Assembly: GCA_934747775.1 (NCBI GenBank)
Contig: CAKVHA010000007.1
Coordinates: 1,437 to 65,436 of the forward strand
Source of the DNA: an uncultured Clostridia bacterium
GTDB lineage: Bacteria; Bacillota; Clostridia; Christensenellales; UBA1242
Direction of reading: 5' to 3'
Length of the DNA: 64,000 bases
The translations under genes were made by a program, and so were the position numbers. A model generated the notes under the pieces. That model was not told where the DNA came from and searched no databases. It saw only the letters and a list, made by a program, of their open reading frames with translations. Positions 48,062 to 58,546 of this stretch are shown here, one piece after another (within the stretch, counting starts at the first letter, position 1; each line of letters starts with the position of its first letter).

Positions 48062-50917
48062 ATGAAAAAATTTAGGTTGGTTTTGTTTGGAATAATATTG
48101 TGTGCATTGTGTTTAATGCCACAAATGTTTGTAAGTGCAAGTGTTAGCGAAGTAGACACCTACTATCCTAGCGGAATTGAAGACTATGTTGACCTTAACA
48201 ACATTAGTTGTTTTGAAATTAGCGGCAACAAAATATTTTACGCCACTAGCAACAACGAAGTTTTTGAATATGATAAAACCACACGAAAAACATTAAAACT
48301 TAACACAGGCACAACAAGTACAGTTAAAAACATTAATGTTGCTGGCGAATATGTTGTTGTGTTTGCTGGAAACAATTCCTTTGCTTTTAATCTTAATGAC
48401 ACATCAAAAAATGCCGATGTTTGCACTATTAGCAGTTTTAATGATGCAATTGTAAAATATGTAAACAACAAGTATTATTATATTTACACCACTGCAAACG
48501 CAGGCTCATCGGTTGAACTTAATGTTGAAATTTATAACGACCTAACAAAAAATCAAAAAACCACTAAAAAGTTTAGCAACTTAGAATATGTGGACGGCGC
48601 ACAAAAATATTTGCTTGCTATGAACGAAAACTTTATTATTGCTGTTACAACATCGCGTGACAAAATGTATGTTTTTGAAACAAGCCAACTAAGTAGCACC
48701 GAAACCACACTTACCCCACTTAATAACGCAAACGCAGAAAAAAACAATTTTGACCTAATAACCGCCGCAACTTCGGACACCATTATAAACACAAAAAGCG
48801 TGGATATTTACAACAATCATATGTTTGCGTGCTTTGATATTGGCGAAAACAGCAGCAAAACAAAGATGATAATTGAAGCCACAATTGATAGCGAAAGCGG
48901 AACAGCAGCCACAATTTCGCGTGATAATCTTTCTGGTGGCGAAAACTTAATAGACTTTATGATTGTTAAAGACGGAAATTTTTATGGTTACAGCAAAACT
49001 AATTGCGACATCACACAATTTTCGTACGGCAACCCTATGGTTAAAATTAAAGCCATTATTGCTGGGAAAGGCAACAACATAGGTCGTTTTAAAGGCGTAA
49101 CAAGTGTAACATATAAAGCTAATACGCTTTACGTAACCGACAGCGGAAACAGCCGTACACAAGATGTTAGCACCACCGCTGTTCACGAACAAGTTTATCC
49201 AAGCGGATACTCTTGCAGCGAAGTTGTTGTAGATAAAAACAACCAAACATACTTGGTGTTATTTAATAGCCAAAATTCGTTTTTGTATAAAAACTATAGA
49301 AACGGCGTAACACCAATTGCAACAGTAAACAACGAACAAGTTGTTAGCGTAGACATAAACATAGACGGTTCTATTTTTATGCTAACCGAAAACAATATTT
49401 ACTTATACAAAAACAACACCACAGCGGTTTCCCAATCTATTTCACTAGCGAATAACAACAGCAAAATTAGAGTTGGCATAGCCTACCCTACAATTTCGCC
49501 AACCAACATAAATAGCGTAAAAACTGTTAGCGCTTTGGCAGCTGCTGCAAATTTATATGTAAGTTCCAACAACACAATTTATAAAATCAGCACTCAGTCG
49601 GGCAATATTTCCGATGTCCATATGACCTACGACAGCAACATTGTTGACTTTAGAATAACCACTAGCGGCAAAGTTGTGGCATTGCTTGAAAACGGAAATA
49701 TTGTTTCCAGTAATTGGGGCGATACCAGCGAGAGCGAAACTTACAAAACACTAAGCGGATTTACTAGCCACAAATGCTTTGATATTGACCCAGTAAGCGG
49801 ATACATTTATATTTACAACGACAACCGCAGTGCCTTTGAAATTATAAAAGACGAAAATTTTGTTGACGCTGGAAACTTTGGCACATATTATGACACAAAC
49901 AACGCTAGCCTTTCGGCAGGTGTTTGGAAATATGGAACATTCCAAATTGGAACACTTATTTACGACCACCCATACTATATTGGAAACTACACTAAAATCA
50001 CCGCAAGCGGTTTAAACTGCATTGTAATTAGCACGCCAGTAAAAACAAACACTAGCGGCGAAATTGAATATGGTGAATTTACACTTGTGGGATATTTTGA
50101 TAATGGCGTTTTAAAAACTGGCTACATCGAAACAAGCAAGTTTGCAAATGGTATTCAAACAATTGGTATAACTAACACCGAGTACACTCTTCGCTCCACA
50201 AACAAGAATGTTAGTGTGTATAAATACCCTACAATCTGCCCTATTAACAGCAAAGCAAATAATGTTGTTTATGCTACTCTAAACCAAGGCGAAACCATTA
50301 CAACAATAGGCAGATACCCTATAAAACTAGATGAAAACAGCACAAACGACTTTTATATTGTAACCTACAAAAATGCAGGTGGAAGCGTTACAGGATACGG
50401 ATATATTTACTCCACTGATGTTGTAAAGAACTCCAATATTTCAAAAACAATAAAAACCAACGCTAAAATAAACATTTTTGACAATTCAAAAACCGTTACT
50501 GTTTACACCCAACCAGATGAAACTTCGGGCGTTGTGACATACTTAACTCACGACTACAAAGTAAACGCAATAGATTACAACAAACAAAATCCGTTTACAA
50601 AAATCACCTTTTTAGATGCCGACGGACAAGAACGCGAAGGATATATTTCAACAAAATACATTAAACTTAACGGACTTTCTAGAAATATGATTATTGCAAT
50701 TGTTTTAATTGCTGTAGACGCTGTAATTGCTGTTGTTGTAATAGTTTTCTTTAATATTTATCGCAAAAAACAAAAAGCAGAAGCCGAAAAAGAAAATTTA
50801 GAACATAATAGCATTGACGCGGAAATTAAACAACAACCTAAATCTGTTAAGACCAAGGAAAAACAAACCAAAAAACAAATAGATACAGATAAAAACAACA
50901 ATGATACTGATAACTAA
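48062..50917 (+). CDS. large membrane-anchored surface protein with beta-propeller (NHL-like) repeats and C-terminal SH3b-like domains
   Basis: Signal peptide, blade-like repeats (LYVTDSGNSRTQ, NNIYLYKNNTT, NTIYKISTQSG), two or more SH3b-like segments (TGYGYIYSTDV; EREGYISTKYIKL), then the TM helix IIAIVLIAVDAVIAVVVIVFF and a Lys/Glu-rich tail. Confidence 0.6.
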   Translation: MKKFRLVLFGIILCALCLMPQMFVSASVSEVDTYYPSGIEDYVDLNNISCFEISGNKIFYATSNNEVFEYDKTTRKTLKLNTGTTSTVKNINVAGEYVVVFAGNNSFAFNLNDTSKNADVCTISSFNDAIVKYVNNKYYYIYTTANAGSSVELNVEIYNDLTKNQKTTKKFSNLEYVDGAQKYLLAMNENFIIAVTTSRDKMYVFETSQLSSTETTLTPLNNANAEKNNFDLITAATSDTIINTKSVDIYNNHMFACFDIGENSSKTKMIIEATIDSESGTAATISRDNLSGGENLIDFMIVKDGNFYGYSKTNCDITQFSYGNPMVKIKAIIAGKGNNIGRFKGVTSVTYKANTLYVTDSGNSRTQDVSTTAVHEQVYPSGYSCSEVVVDKNNQTYLVLFNSQNSFLYKNYRNGVTPIATVNNEQVVSVDINIDGSIFMLTENNIYLYKNNTTAVSQSISLANNNSKIRVGIAYPTISPTNINSVKTVSALAAAANLYVSSNNTIYKISTQSGNISDVHMTYDSNIVDFRITTSGKVVALLENGNIVSSNWGDTSESETYKTLSGFTSHKCFDIDPVSGYIYIYNDNRSAFEIIKDENFVDAGNFGTYYDTNNASLSAGVWKYGTFQIGTLIYDHPYYIGNYTKITASGLNCIVISTPVKTNTSGEIEYGEFTLVGYFDNGVLKTGYIETSKFANGIQTIGITNTEYTLRSTNKNVSVYKYPTICPINSKANNVVYATLNQGETITTIGRYPIKLDENSTNDFYIVTYKNAGGSVTGYGYIYSTDVVKNSNISKTIKTNAKINIFDNSKTVTVYTQPDETSGVVTYLTHDYKVNAIDYNKQNPFTKITFLDADGQEREGYISTKYIKLNGLSRNMIIAIVLIAVDAVIAVVVIVFFNIYRKKQKAEAEKENLEHNSIDAEIKQQPKSVKTKEKQTKKQIDTDKNNNDTDN

Positions 50918-50970
50918 AAAATACGGACAATAATTTGTAAAATTAAAATTTGTACATTAATTAATAAAAA

Positions 50971-51008
50971 AATAATAGCATTTATTTTTAAATGCTATTA
51001 TTTTTTGT
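50971..51008. terminator. bidirectional terminator between convergent genes
   Basis: aataatagcattta-tttt-taaatgctattatt, a perfect 14-bp stem flanked by A-runs and T-runs. Confidence 0.75.
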
Positions 51009-51023
51009 TGTATCAAAACACCG

Positions 51024-51695
51024 CTATCTTGCCATATAGTTTTCGTGTTTTTGATAGTTGTTAATACCGTCATATAACTCGCTAATATTAGCAACTTTTG
51101 CAAGCGACACTTCATATGCAACTCGTTTTTCAACTTCGCCGTTTTCAAGTTTTTTCTCATATTCTCTACTTTGAATACGCCCGCTTGCCTGAATTTTATC
51201 GCCAACAGCTAAGCCTTTCATAAACCTTGCATTTCTGCCCCACGCAATGCAAGGAAGATAATCACTTTTGTTGTAATTTCTATTAACAGCCAAAAGCACG
51301 TCACAAATCTCGCGCTTAAATGGCGTTGTTCTAAAAATGGGCTCTTTACAAACATAGCCAACAATGTCTATTTGATTTGGATTAACATTGGGGTCGTATG
51401 GTGCAATTTCGCGAATAAACATTGTAAGACGCAATCTACTTTTATCGTCTTCCATTTTGTTAAAACTTCTAAACTGCCCTTTGCCAGACATCATATCGCC
51501 TTTTTTTAGATTGTATTCGCCTAAAAGTCGCTCGCTAACTGTTACTGGGATAACATCAAAAGCATCGCTTAATCGCATAACCTTAAGGTTGAACTCATAA
51601 AAGCCTTCGTTAAACATTTCGTGGCTGTACTTTGGTTCGTCAACAATTTCGCCTGACAAGCTTACTATATTATTATTTAATTGTTCGTAATTCAT
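51024..51695 (-). CDS. tandem OB-fold single-stranded-DNA-binding-like protein
   Basis: Two SSB-like halves. Half 1: VSLSGEIVDEPKY...FYEFNLKV...IPVTV...GD.MSGKGQFRS. Half 2: IDIVGYVCKEPIFRTTP...VLLAVNRNY...DYLPCIAWGRNARF...GDKIQASGRIQSREYE. There is no acidic C-terminal tip. Confidence 0.6.
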   Translation of the reverse strand: MNYEQLNNNIVSLSGEIVDEPKYSHEMFNEGFYEFNLKVMRLSDAFDVIPVTVSERLLGEYNLKKGDMMSGKGQFRSFNKMEDDKSRLRLTMFIREIAPYDPNVNPNQIDIVGYVCKEPIFRTTPFKREICDVLLAVNRNYNKSDYLPCIAWGRNARFMKGLAVGDKIQASGRIQSREYEKKLENGEVEKRVAYEVSLAKVANISELYDGINNYQKHENYMAR

Positions 51696-51723
51696 TATTA
51701 TCTCCTTAAAAATGTGCTTAATA

Positions 51724-52488
51724 TTAGTTTTTTCGTTGAATACCCAAATTGTCTATTTTGTAATCACTTTTGTAAATAAGGTCGCCCACCGAAACAAATT
51801 TATAGCCAGACGTTGTAAGGCGCTCTAAAATTAGCCTTAATCCGTCCAAAATATTGTCGGAGTTGTTGTGGCACAAAATTATGCCGCCGTTTCCAATTTT
51901 ACTTAGCACGCGGTTTAGCATTTGCGTGCCGCTTAACCCTTTCCAGTCTAGCGTGTCAACACTCCATTGTATGGTTTTTAACCCTAAATCGGTTGCAGTA
52001 TTAATAACAGCGTTGTTGTAGCTGCCATATGGAGCTCTAAATAGTTCTACTTTTTTACCTGTAATATTTTCAATTTTCTCTACAGAAGTAGTAAGTTCCA
52101 TTTTCATTTGTTCCGCACCAAGCGTTGCAAAATCAGGGTGAGTATTACTATGTGTACCAATCTCAACTCCTTGCTCGTTAATTGCCTTTACCATATCGGG
52201 ATATTTATCTACCCAAAAGCCCACCAAAAAGAAAGTTGCGTTAACATTATATTCTTTTAATAGGTCAAGTATTTTTAGTGTTTTATCAGCACCCCACGCG
52301 CTGTCAAAAGTTATTGCAATCTTTTTTTCGTTTGTGTCTACTTGATATATTGGAACTAACCTAGGAACTTGTCCAAAATATACATTTGCCGATGCCGAAC
52401 CCGCAAAGTTTAGCGACAACATTATAGCCACCAATAATACGCAAACAGCTAAAAACACACTACGCTTTTTTAATACAAGAAATTTCAT
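51724..52488 (-). CDS. polysaccharide deacetylase (NodB domain; PdaA/PdaB-like)
   Basis: N-terminal signal/anchor. NodB motifs TFDSAWG, ATFFLVG, THSNTHPDF, FRAPYG. Confidence 0.85.
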   Translation of the reverse strand: MKFLVLKKRSVFLAVCVLLVAIMLSLNFAGSASANVYFGQVPRLVPIYQVDTNEKKIAITFDSAWGADKTLKILDLLKEYNVNATFFLVGFWVDKYPDMVKAINEQGVEIGTHSNTHPDFATLGAEQMKMELTTSVEKIENITGKKVELFRAPYGSYNNAVINTATDLGLKTIQWSVDTLDWKGLSGTQMLNRVLSKIGNGGIILCHNNSDNILDGLRLILERLTTSGYKFVSVGDLIYKSDYKIDNLGIQRKN

Positions 52489-52650
52489 TTTTGTACCCCT
52501 TAATTTTAATACATTATATTTTTTTTGCTAAACATTTAACTTAGCTTAAAATGCCGCATAAGCAGTTGTTTTGTAGAATTTTAAAACATTTTAAACTAAA
52601 CTAATTTACACATAACATAATATTTAAAATATCTACTAAAATATGACTAC

Positions 52651-52687
52651 AAAAAAGAAAAAAGTTATTTCAAAATGAAATAACTTT
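52651..52687 (-). terminator. terminator after parC
   Basis: aaagttatttc-aaaat-gaaataacttt, an 11-bp stem with T-runs on both strands. Confidence 0.7.
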
Positions 52688-52714
52688 TTGTTTTTAATAT
52701 CGAATTGTATTTAA

Positions 52715-55141
52715 TTAATCAACAACATATTTGTATGCATTTACAATATCTAATACTTTGTGTGCCTTTTTAGATTTTGTATCTTTTACTGGCAATTGTA
52801 TTGTTTTGTTTGCCACAAATTTTAGTGATTTATCGGCGTTTTCATATACATAACTTGTGTTAGGGCTGTATTTATCTACCAACAACACTTTGCCACTGCT
52901 TATTATTTTTGTTCCTTTTCTGTTTCGAGCACTTTCTGGAACATCGGTGTATTTTAACAATGTTGCACCGCCTTCGTTTGTGATTAATACAAATAGGTCA
53001 GATTTATTAACTTGCATTGCACCCACAACAAAATCGTCGTCATTTAAAGCAATACTCTTAACACCAACGCTAACCCTGCCACTAACAGCAATATCGCCCT
53101 TTTCGCAAACCATAGCATTGCCAAACTTAGTAAACACGGCAAGTTTGCTTGCGGTGTTATCTAGCCCAACATACACAACTTCGTCGCCATCTTTTAGTTT
53201 GATACTAGCAATAGCTTGTTTGCTTGCAAAATATTCTTCCACCTTGCTTAGTTTTACCATACCAAACTTAGTAACCATAATAATAACATCATCTTTGTTT
53301 TGTTCGGTTAGTTCTAGCACACCCACAAACTTATCGTTAACATCAATTGCACTGCATAGCGAATGGATATAGCTACCTTTATCTTTATATTTAGTTTGAT
53401 TAATCTTGCCAACTTCCATTTTCACGCACATTCCTGCGTTTGTAAAACCATAAACCGTTTTGCTAGAACTTGTAAGCAAACTTGTTTCTGGAATTTCATA
53501 CAATGTTGCGTTTACAGCGCTAAGTTCTTTTGTTGCAAGGTTATAACTTTTTACACTAACAGTTTTGATTGTGTTAATAGGTGTTGTAATTATATGAACT
53601 TCTTCACTATTAACATCTTGAATTTCGGTTTCTTCTATTTCGTCGGTCGCTTCGCCAAATAGTGATTTTCTGCCGGTTTTGTACTTGCCAGCAATCTCCA
53701 AAATTTCTTTTTTAACAATTCTCATTTGCATTTTTGGACTCTTTAAAATTTCTGTGTATCGTTTAATTAGGTCTTTTAATCTATTTAATTCGGTTTCTAG
53801 TTTTGTTACTTCTAGGCTTGTAAGACGAGCCAAACGCATATCCAAAATTGCTTGTGCTTGAACATCGGACAATGAGAATGTGCTCATCAATGTTATTTTT
53901 GCGTCAGTAACATTTTTGCTGGTTTTAATAATTCTAACAACTTCGTCAATGTTGTTTATAGCAATTAACAAGCCTTCTAAGATGTGCTCTTTTTTAAGTG
54001 CAACTTCAAGGTCGAACTTTGTGCGGTTGTAAATGACCTTTTGTTGATAATTTACATAATACTCCAAAATATCGCGCAAGCTTAGTAGTTTTGGCTTGCC
54101 GTCGGCAATGGCCACCATATTCACATTAAACGATGTTTCCAAATCGGTGTATTTATATAGCATATTAAGTATTGCATTAACACGCGCGTTTTTCTTTAAT
54201 TTAATAACCGCACGCATACCACTTCTATCCGATTCGTCTACAATTTCGCTAATATATGTTAATGTATCTGTTTGGTCACTTTCTTTAAGTTTAACAATTT
54301 TTTGCAACAACTGAGCTTTATTTACTTGATATGGTATTTCAGTTATAACAATACTCTTTTTATCGTTATCACCACTTTCAATGTGTAATTTTGCTCTAAT
54401 TATTAGCTTGCCTTTTCCTGTTTCGTAGGCTTTTTTAATTTCACTGCCTTCCATAATATAGCCGCCTGTTGGAAAGTCTGGGCCGGGCATTATGGTTAAC
54501 ATTTCGTCGGTTGTTATATTGCGATTGTCAATGTATGCCCCAACAAGGTTGCATACTTCGTTTAGGTTGTGAGTAGGAATATTTGTGGCAAGACCTACAG
54601 CAATTCCGTACGCGCCATTTACTAGCAAGTTTGGAAATCTACCAGGAAGCATATCGGGCTCTTTGCACGAGTCATCAAAGTTAAAACTCCAGCTAACAGT
54701 GTTTTTTTCAATATCTCGCAAAAGCTCTAGCGCAATAGGCGCAAGTCGCGCTTCGGTATAACGCATAGCAGCTGCGCCGTCGCCGTCCACACTGCCAAAG
54801 TTTCCGTGACCCGAAACAAGCACTTCGCCCATATTAAAGTCTTGCGCCATTCTAACCATAGTATCGTAAATACTGCGGTCGCCGTGTGGGTGATATTTAC
54901 CCATACAATCGCCCACAATACGTGCGCTTTTTCTAAATGGTCTATCTGGCAACACACCAACCTCTAGCATACTATATAACACCCTACGTTGAACAGGTTT
55001 TAATCCGTCTTCAACGCGTGGCAATGCTCTATCCATAATAACAAACTCGCTATATGGAAGCATACTATCATGCATAACTTCTTCTAATGCTTTTGTTACA
55101 ACTTGATCCGATGAATATTTACTACTATCTTTTTTCGTCAT
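52715..55141 (-). CDS. parC: type IIA topoisomerase subunit A, ParC-like (topoisomerase IV)
   Basis: DGLKPVQRRVLY (Gln as in ParC, versus His in GyrA), KYHPHGD, AAMRYTEARL. I find no GyrA box (QRRGGKG) in the C-terminal domain. 808 aa. Confidence 0.7.
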   Translation of the reverse strand: MTKKDSSKYSSDQVVTKALEEVMHDSMLPYSEFVIMDRALPRVEDGLKPVQRRVLYSMLEVGVLPDRPFRKSARIVGDCMGKYHPHGDRSIYDTMVRMAQDFNMGEVLVSGHGNFGSVDGDGAAAMRYTEARLAPIALELLRDIEKNTVSWSFNFDDSCKEPDMLPGRFPNLLVNGAYGIAVGLATNIPTHNLNEVCNLVGAYIDNRNITTDEMLTIMPGPDFPTGGYIMEGSEIKKAYETGKGKLIIRAKLHIESGDNDKKSIVITEIPYQVNKAQLLQKIVKLKESDQTDTLTYISEIVDESDRSGMRAVIKLKKNARVNAILNMLYKYTDLETSFNVNMVAIADGKPKLLSLRDILEYYVNYQQKVIYNRTKFDLEVALKKEHILEGLLIAINNIDEVVRIIKTSKNVTDAKITLMSTFSLSDVQAQAILDMRLARLTSLEVTKLETELNRLKDLIKRYTEILKSPKMQMRIVKKEILEIAGKYKTGRKSLFGEATDEIEETEIQDVNSEEVHIITTPINTIKTVSVKSYNLATKELSAVNATLYEIPETSLLTSSSKTVYGFTNAGMCVKMEVGKINQTKYKDKGSYIHSLCSAIDVNDKFVGVLELTEQNKDDVIIMVTKFGMVKLSKVEEYFASKQAIASIKLKDGDEVVYVGLDNTASKLAVFTKFGNAMVCEKGDIAVSGRVSVGVKSIALNDDDFVVGAMQVNKSDLFVLITNEGGATLLKYTDVPESARNRKGTKIISSGKVLLVDKYSPNTSYVYENADKSLKFVANKTIQLPVKDTKSKKAHKVLDIVNAYKYVVD

Positions 55142-57099
55142 TATTTATTACCTTGTTCTTCAAATTTTGATACCTTATTAAAGTTTGCGTTTTCGCTAAT
55201 GTATTTTTTTCTAGCATCTACATTGTCGCCCATCCACGTTGTTATCATAAGCTCCGCTTCGGCAATGTCGTCCATTGTTACTTGAACTAGCACCCTGTCT
55301 TCTGGATTCATTGTTGTTTCCCAAAGTTGTTCAGCTGTCATTTCTCCAAGACCTTTATATCTTTGAACACTATATCCAGCACCAACTTGCTTGGTTATTG
55401 CATCGTAATCGGCTTCATCGTAAACATATTTAATTTTGTTTCCTTTATATACTTTATACAATGGAGCAATACCCACATAAACGTGACCCTCACTAATAAG
55501 CTCACGCATATACCTATAAAAGAAAGTTAAAAGTATCGCTCTAATATGCGCACCATCTTGGTCGGCATCGGCAAGAATAATAACTTTGCCATATTTAAGG
55601 TTGTTTATATTAAAATCTTGCCCAATTCCTGTGCCAAGCGCACTAATTATTGTTCTAATTTCTTCGTTTTCAAGCACTTGGTTAAGTCGTTTTTTCTCTA
55701 CATTAAGCGGTTTGCCTCTTAACGGCAAAATTGCTTGGAAAGTACGGTCACGAGCTTGTTTTGCACTTCCACCAGCACTATCGCCTTCTACTATAAACAC
55801 TTCGTTTAGCATTGGGTTTTTGCCGGTACAGTTGCTAAGTTTTCCTACAAGGCTATATGTGTCTGCATTGTTTTTTTGTCTTGTAATCTCTTTTGCGTGT
55901 TTTGCTGCCTCTCTTACTTTTGCAGCGCCTTTGCCCTTGTTTATAATTTCATTAACCGTGTCTTTATACGATTTTCCTTCTAATAGTTTTGTTAGTTCGG
56001 CATAAACAATATTTTCAACATCATTTTTTGCTTCTGGGTTTCCAAGCTTTGTTTTTGTTTGACCTTCAAACTGCACGTTTTTCATTTTTATTGCAAGTAT
56101 TGCGGTCATACCTTCTCTAAAATCTTCACCCAACAAGTTTTGTTCTTTTTCTTTAATAAACCCTAATTTTCTACCGGTTTCATTAAACACCCTAGTTATT
56201 GCGCTCTTAAACCCAGTTTCGTGAGTTCCACCTTCACTGGTAGGAATATTGTTAACATAACTAAAAATATTTTCACTATAACCATCTGTATGTTGTATCG
56301 CAAGGCTTAGGCTTAAGTACTCGCCCTTGCCTTCCAAATATATTGGTTCTTTATATAATGGTGTATTGCCGTTGTTTACATATTTAATAAAATCAATAAG
56401 ACCATGTGCATAATTATACACATATGTCTTAAAACCGTCTTCGGTTGGCTGATTTTTATCTATCAAAACAAGTTTTGCACCCTTGTTTAAAAAAGCCAAT
56501 TCTTTTAGGCGTTTTGCAATTATGTTTACATCAAATTTTGCATCTTTAAAAATTAGCGGGTCTGGTTTAAAGGTTACAAGCGTGCCAGTTTTTGTGGTTG
56601 AGCCAATTTCTTTTAGTGGTCCTTGTGGAACACCACCACTCACCTTTCCACCTTTCGAAACCGACTTAAATTTAATAGAATAAATTTTGCCTTCCTTATA
56701 TACTTCCACATTAAGCCATTCAGATAGCGCATTTGCAACGCTAGCACCAACACCGTGAAGTCCGCCAGAATAGGCATAGTTTGAATTATCAAACTTTCCG
56801 CCCGCGTGCAACTGGGTAAATACAACCTCCACACCGCTTACTTTAAGCGTTGGGTGTTTGTCTACTGGAATACCACGACCATTGTCTTCAACCGAAATAG
56901 AGTTATCGGGATATAGCGTAACAGTAATTGTGTCACCGTGTCCGTTTGCAACTTCATCCATTCCGTTATCTACAATTTCCCAAAGCAGATGATGCATACC
57001 TTTTTCGCCAGTTGTGCCAATGTACATACCGGGACGCAACCTAACCGCGTCTAAGCCCTGTAAAACCACAATATTCTTACTATTATAACTCTGTTCCAT
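55141..57099 (-). CDS. parE: type IIA topoisomerase subunit B, ParE-like (topoisomerase IV)
   Basis: GHKL ATPase (LEAVRKRPGMYIG-type, EIVDNGMDE, GGLHGVG) and Toprim (EGDSAGG, DADQDGAHI). 1-nt overlap with the A subunit. No dnaA/recF context. Confidence 0.7.
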   Translation of the reverse strand: MEQSYNSKNIVVLQGLDAVRLRPGMYIGTTGEKGMHHLLWEIVDNGMDEVANGHGDTITVTLYPDNSISVEDNGRGIPVDKHPTLKVSGVEVVFTQLHAGGKFDNSNYAYSGGLHGVGASVANALSEWLNVEVYKEGKIYSIKFKSVSKGGKVSGGVPQGPLKEIGSTTKTGTLVTFKPDPLIFKDAKFDVNIIAKRLKELAFLNKGAKLVLIDKNQPTEDGFKTYVYNYAHGLIDFIKYVNNGNTPLYKEPIYLEGKGEYLSLSLAIQHTDGYSENIFSYVNNIPTSEGGTHETGFKSAITRVFNETGRKLGFIKEKEQNLLGEDFREGMTAILAIKMKNVQFEGQTKTKLGNPEAKNDVENIVYAELTKLLEGKSYKDTVNEIINKGKGAAKVREAAKHAKEITRQKNNADTYSLVGKLSNCTGKNPMLNEVFIVEGDSAGGSAKQARDRTFQAILPLRGKPLNVEKKRLNQVLENEEIRTIISALGTGIGQDFNINNLKYGKVIILADADQDGAHIRAILLTFFYRYMRELISEGHVYVGIAPLYKVYKGNKIKYVYDEADYDAITKQVGAGYSVQRYKGLGEMTAEQLWETTMNPEDRVLVQVTMDDIAEAELMITTWMGDNVDARKKYISENANFNKVSKFEEQGNK

Positions 57100-57306
57100 A
57101 AAACCATCCTAAAAAAATTACATCTACCGATATTATATCACATTTTGCGTTTTTTTGTAAAATTTATAACAGCTTTTATGAAACATAATATTTATACAAT
57201 TTTCTGTATATTTATTCTAAACATAAACTCGCATTATTCTACATAAAAAAACATATTGTTTTATAATGTTAAATAAAAGTATAGGTTTCTACATATAAAT
57301 ATATTA

Positions 57307-58341
57307 ATGGAGAATAATATGAAAAATATAATATTTTGCGGCGGTGGCACAGCTGGTCACGTGATGCCAAACATAGCAATTATAGAACAATTAAAAGGCA
57401 AGGCAAATATCCACTACATTGGCGGAAACGGAATAGAAAAAGATATTATAAAAAAATATCCATACATTACATATCACGAAATAAGCACAACAAAATTGGT
57501 CAGAAAATTCACATTAAAAAATTTAGCTATTCCATTCAAGTTAATGGGGTCTATATGTGAATGTAAAAAACTTATAAAAAGAATAAACCCCGCTGTTATT
57601 TTTTCAAAAGGCGGGTTTGTTAGCGTTCCGGTTGTTTTAGCTCACGGCAAAACGCCTGTTTTAGGCCACGAAAGCGACTACTCTATGGGGTTAGCAAACA
57701 AAATAATATATCCACATTGCAAAACAATGTTTTTTACTTTTTCAGACACAAAAGAAAGATACAACAAAAAAGGCGTATATTCTGGCACGCCAATAAGGTC
57801 GGATATTTTTAATGGAAACAAACAAAAGATATTAAATAAATTCAACATTAAAAACAACCACCCTATAGTTCTTATTGTTGGCGGAAGCACTGGAGCTACA
57901 GCAATTAATGATATAATAATTAAAAATTTATCTGTCTTAACAAAGAAATACAACATCATACACATCTGTGGCAAAAACAAACAAAGCAGCATAACTCATC
58001 AAAATTATTATCAAATTGACTATGCAGATAATATGGGCGATTATCTTGCAGCGTCCGACATTGTTGTTTCGCGCGCTGGTAGCAATGCAATATTTGAGTT
58101 TTTAGCACTGGGAAAACCGATGATTATAATTCCGCTTCCATTAGATCAATCACGTGGCGACCAAATACTTAATGCAAAATATTTTGAAAAAAAAGGTTGG
58201 GCAAAAGTGATTATGCAAGAAAACTTAAACTCAGCCACACTACTTAAACAACTAAATTCAGTTAAAAAAGTAAAAACCGAAAGCGTATCACAAAACGCGT
58301 CAAAAATAATTGCGGACGAAATTAAAAAATATTTAAAATAA
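57307..58341 (+). CDS. murG: undecaprenyldiphospho-muramoylpentapeptide beta-N-acetylglucosaminyltransferase MurG
   Basis: GGGTAGHVMP N-terminal motif, GGSTGA, and SRAGSNAIFEFLALGKPMIIIP. Confidence 0.9.
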   Translation: MENNMKNIIFCGGGTAGHVMPNIAIIEQLKGKANIHYIGGNGIEKDIIKKYPYITYHEISTTKLVRKFTLKNLAIPFKLMGSICECKKLIKRINPAVIFSKGGFVSVPVVLAHGKTPVLGHESDYSMGLANKIIYPHCKTMFFTFSDTKERYNKKGVYSGTPIRSDIFNGNKQKILNKFNIKNNHPIVLIVGGSTGATAINDIIIKNLSVLTKKYNIIHICGKNKQSSITHQNYYQIDYADNMGDYLAASDIVVSRAGSNAIFEFLALGKPMIIIPLPLDQSRGDQILNAKYFEKKGWAKVIMQENLNSATLLKQLNSVKKVKTESVSQNASKIIADEIKKYLK

Positions 58342-58532
58342 ATTTTTTACACAAACAACTTTAAATCATTGCAACAACATTCACACTAAAATATTACAAC
58401 AATACGACATATTTTAAGGCATTGCAGTAAAAAAAGCAATAAAATAAATTAAACACCATTAATTTAAAAATTAGCAACAAATTAAATTACATTTCAATCC
58501 ACTAAATAACGCAAATTTTTAATTACAAATAT

Positions 58533-58546
58533 CGAACATATGTTTG
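58533..58546. promoter_or_regulatory. LexA (Cheo) box-like palindrome overlapping a -35 element
   Basis: CGAACATATGTTTG compared with CGAAC-N4-GTTCG: one mismatch. It overlaps the TTGACA at 58544..58549. Confidence 0.4.

Noticed and set aside
50957-51205. 82-aa minus-strand ORF overlapping the 3' end of the SSB-like gene and the bidirectional terminator.
   Set aside because: It is out of frame with the well-supported 223-aa ORF, runs through a 14-bp terminator stem, and has no SD.
52715-57099. Calling the type IIA topoisomerase pair gyrB/gyrA.
   Set aside because: The A subunit has GLKPVQRR, with the ParC-type Gln, and I see no GyrA box. Sizes of 652 and 808 aa match ParE and ParC. There is no dnaA/dnaN/recF context. 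I still give the ParE/ParC call only moderate confidence.
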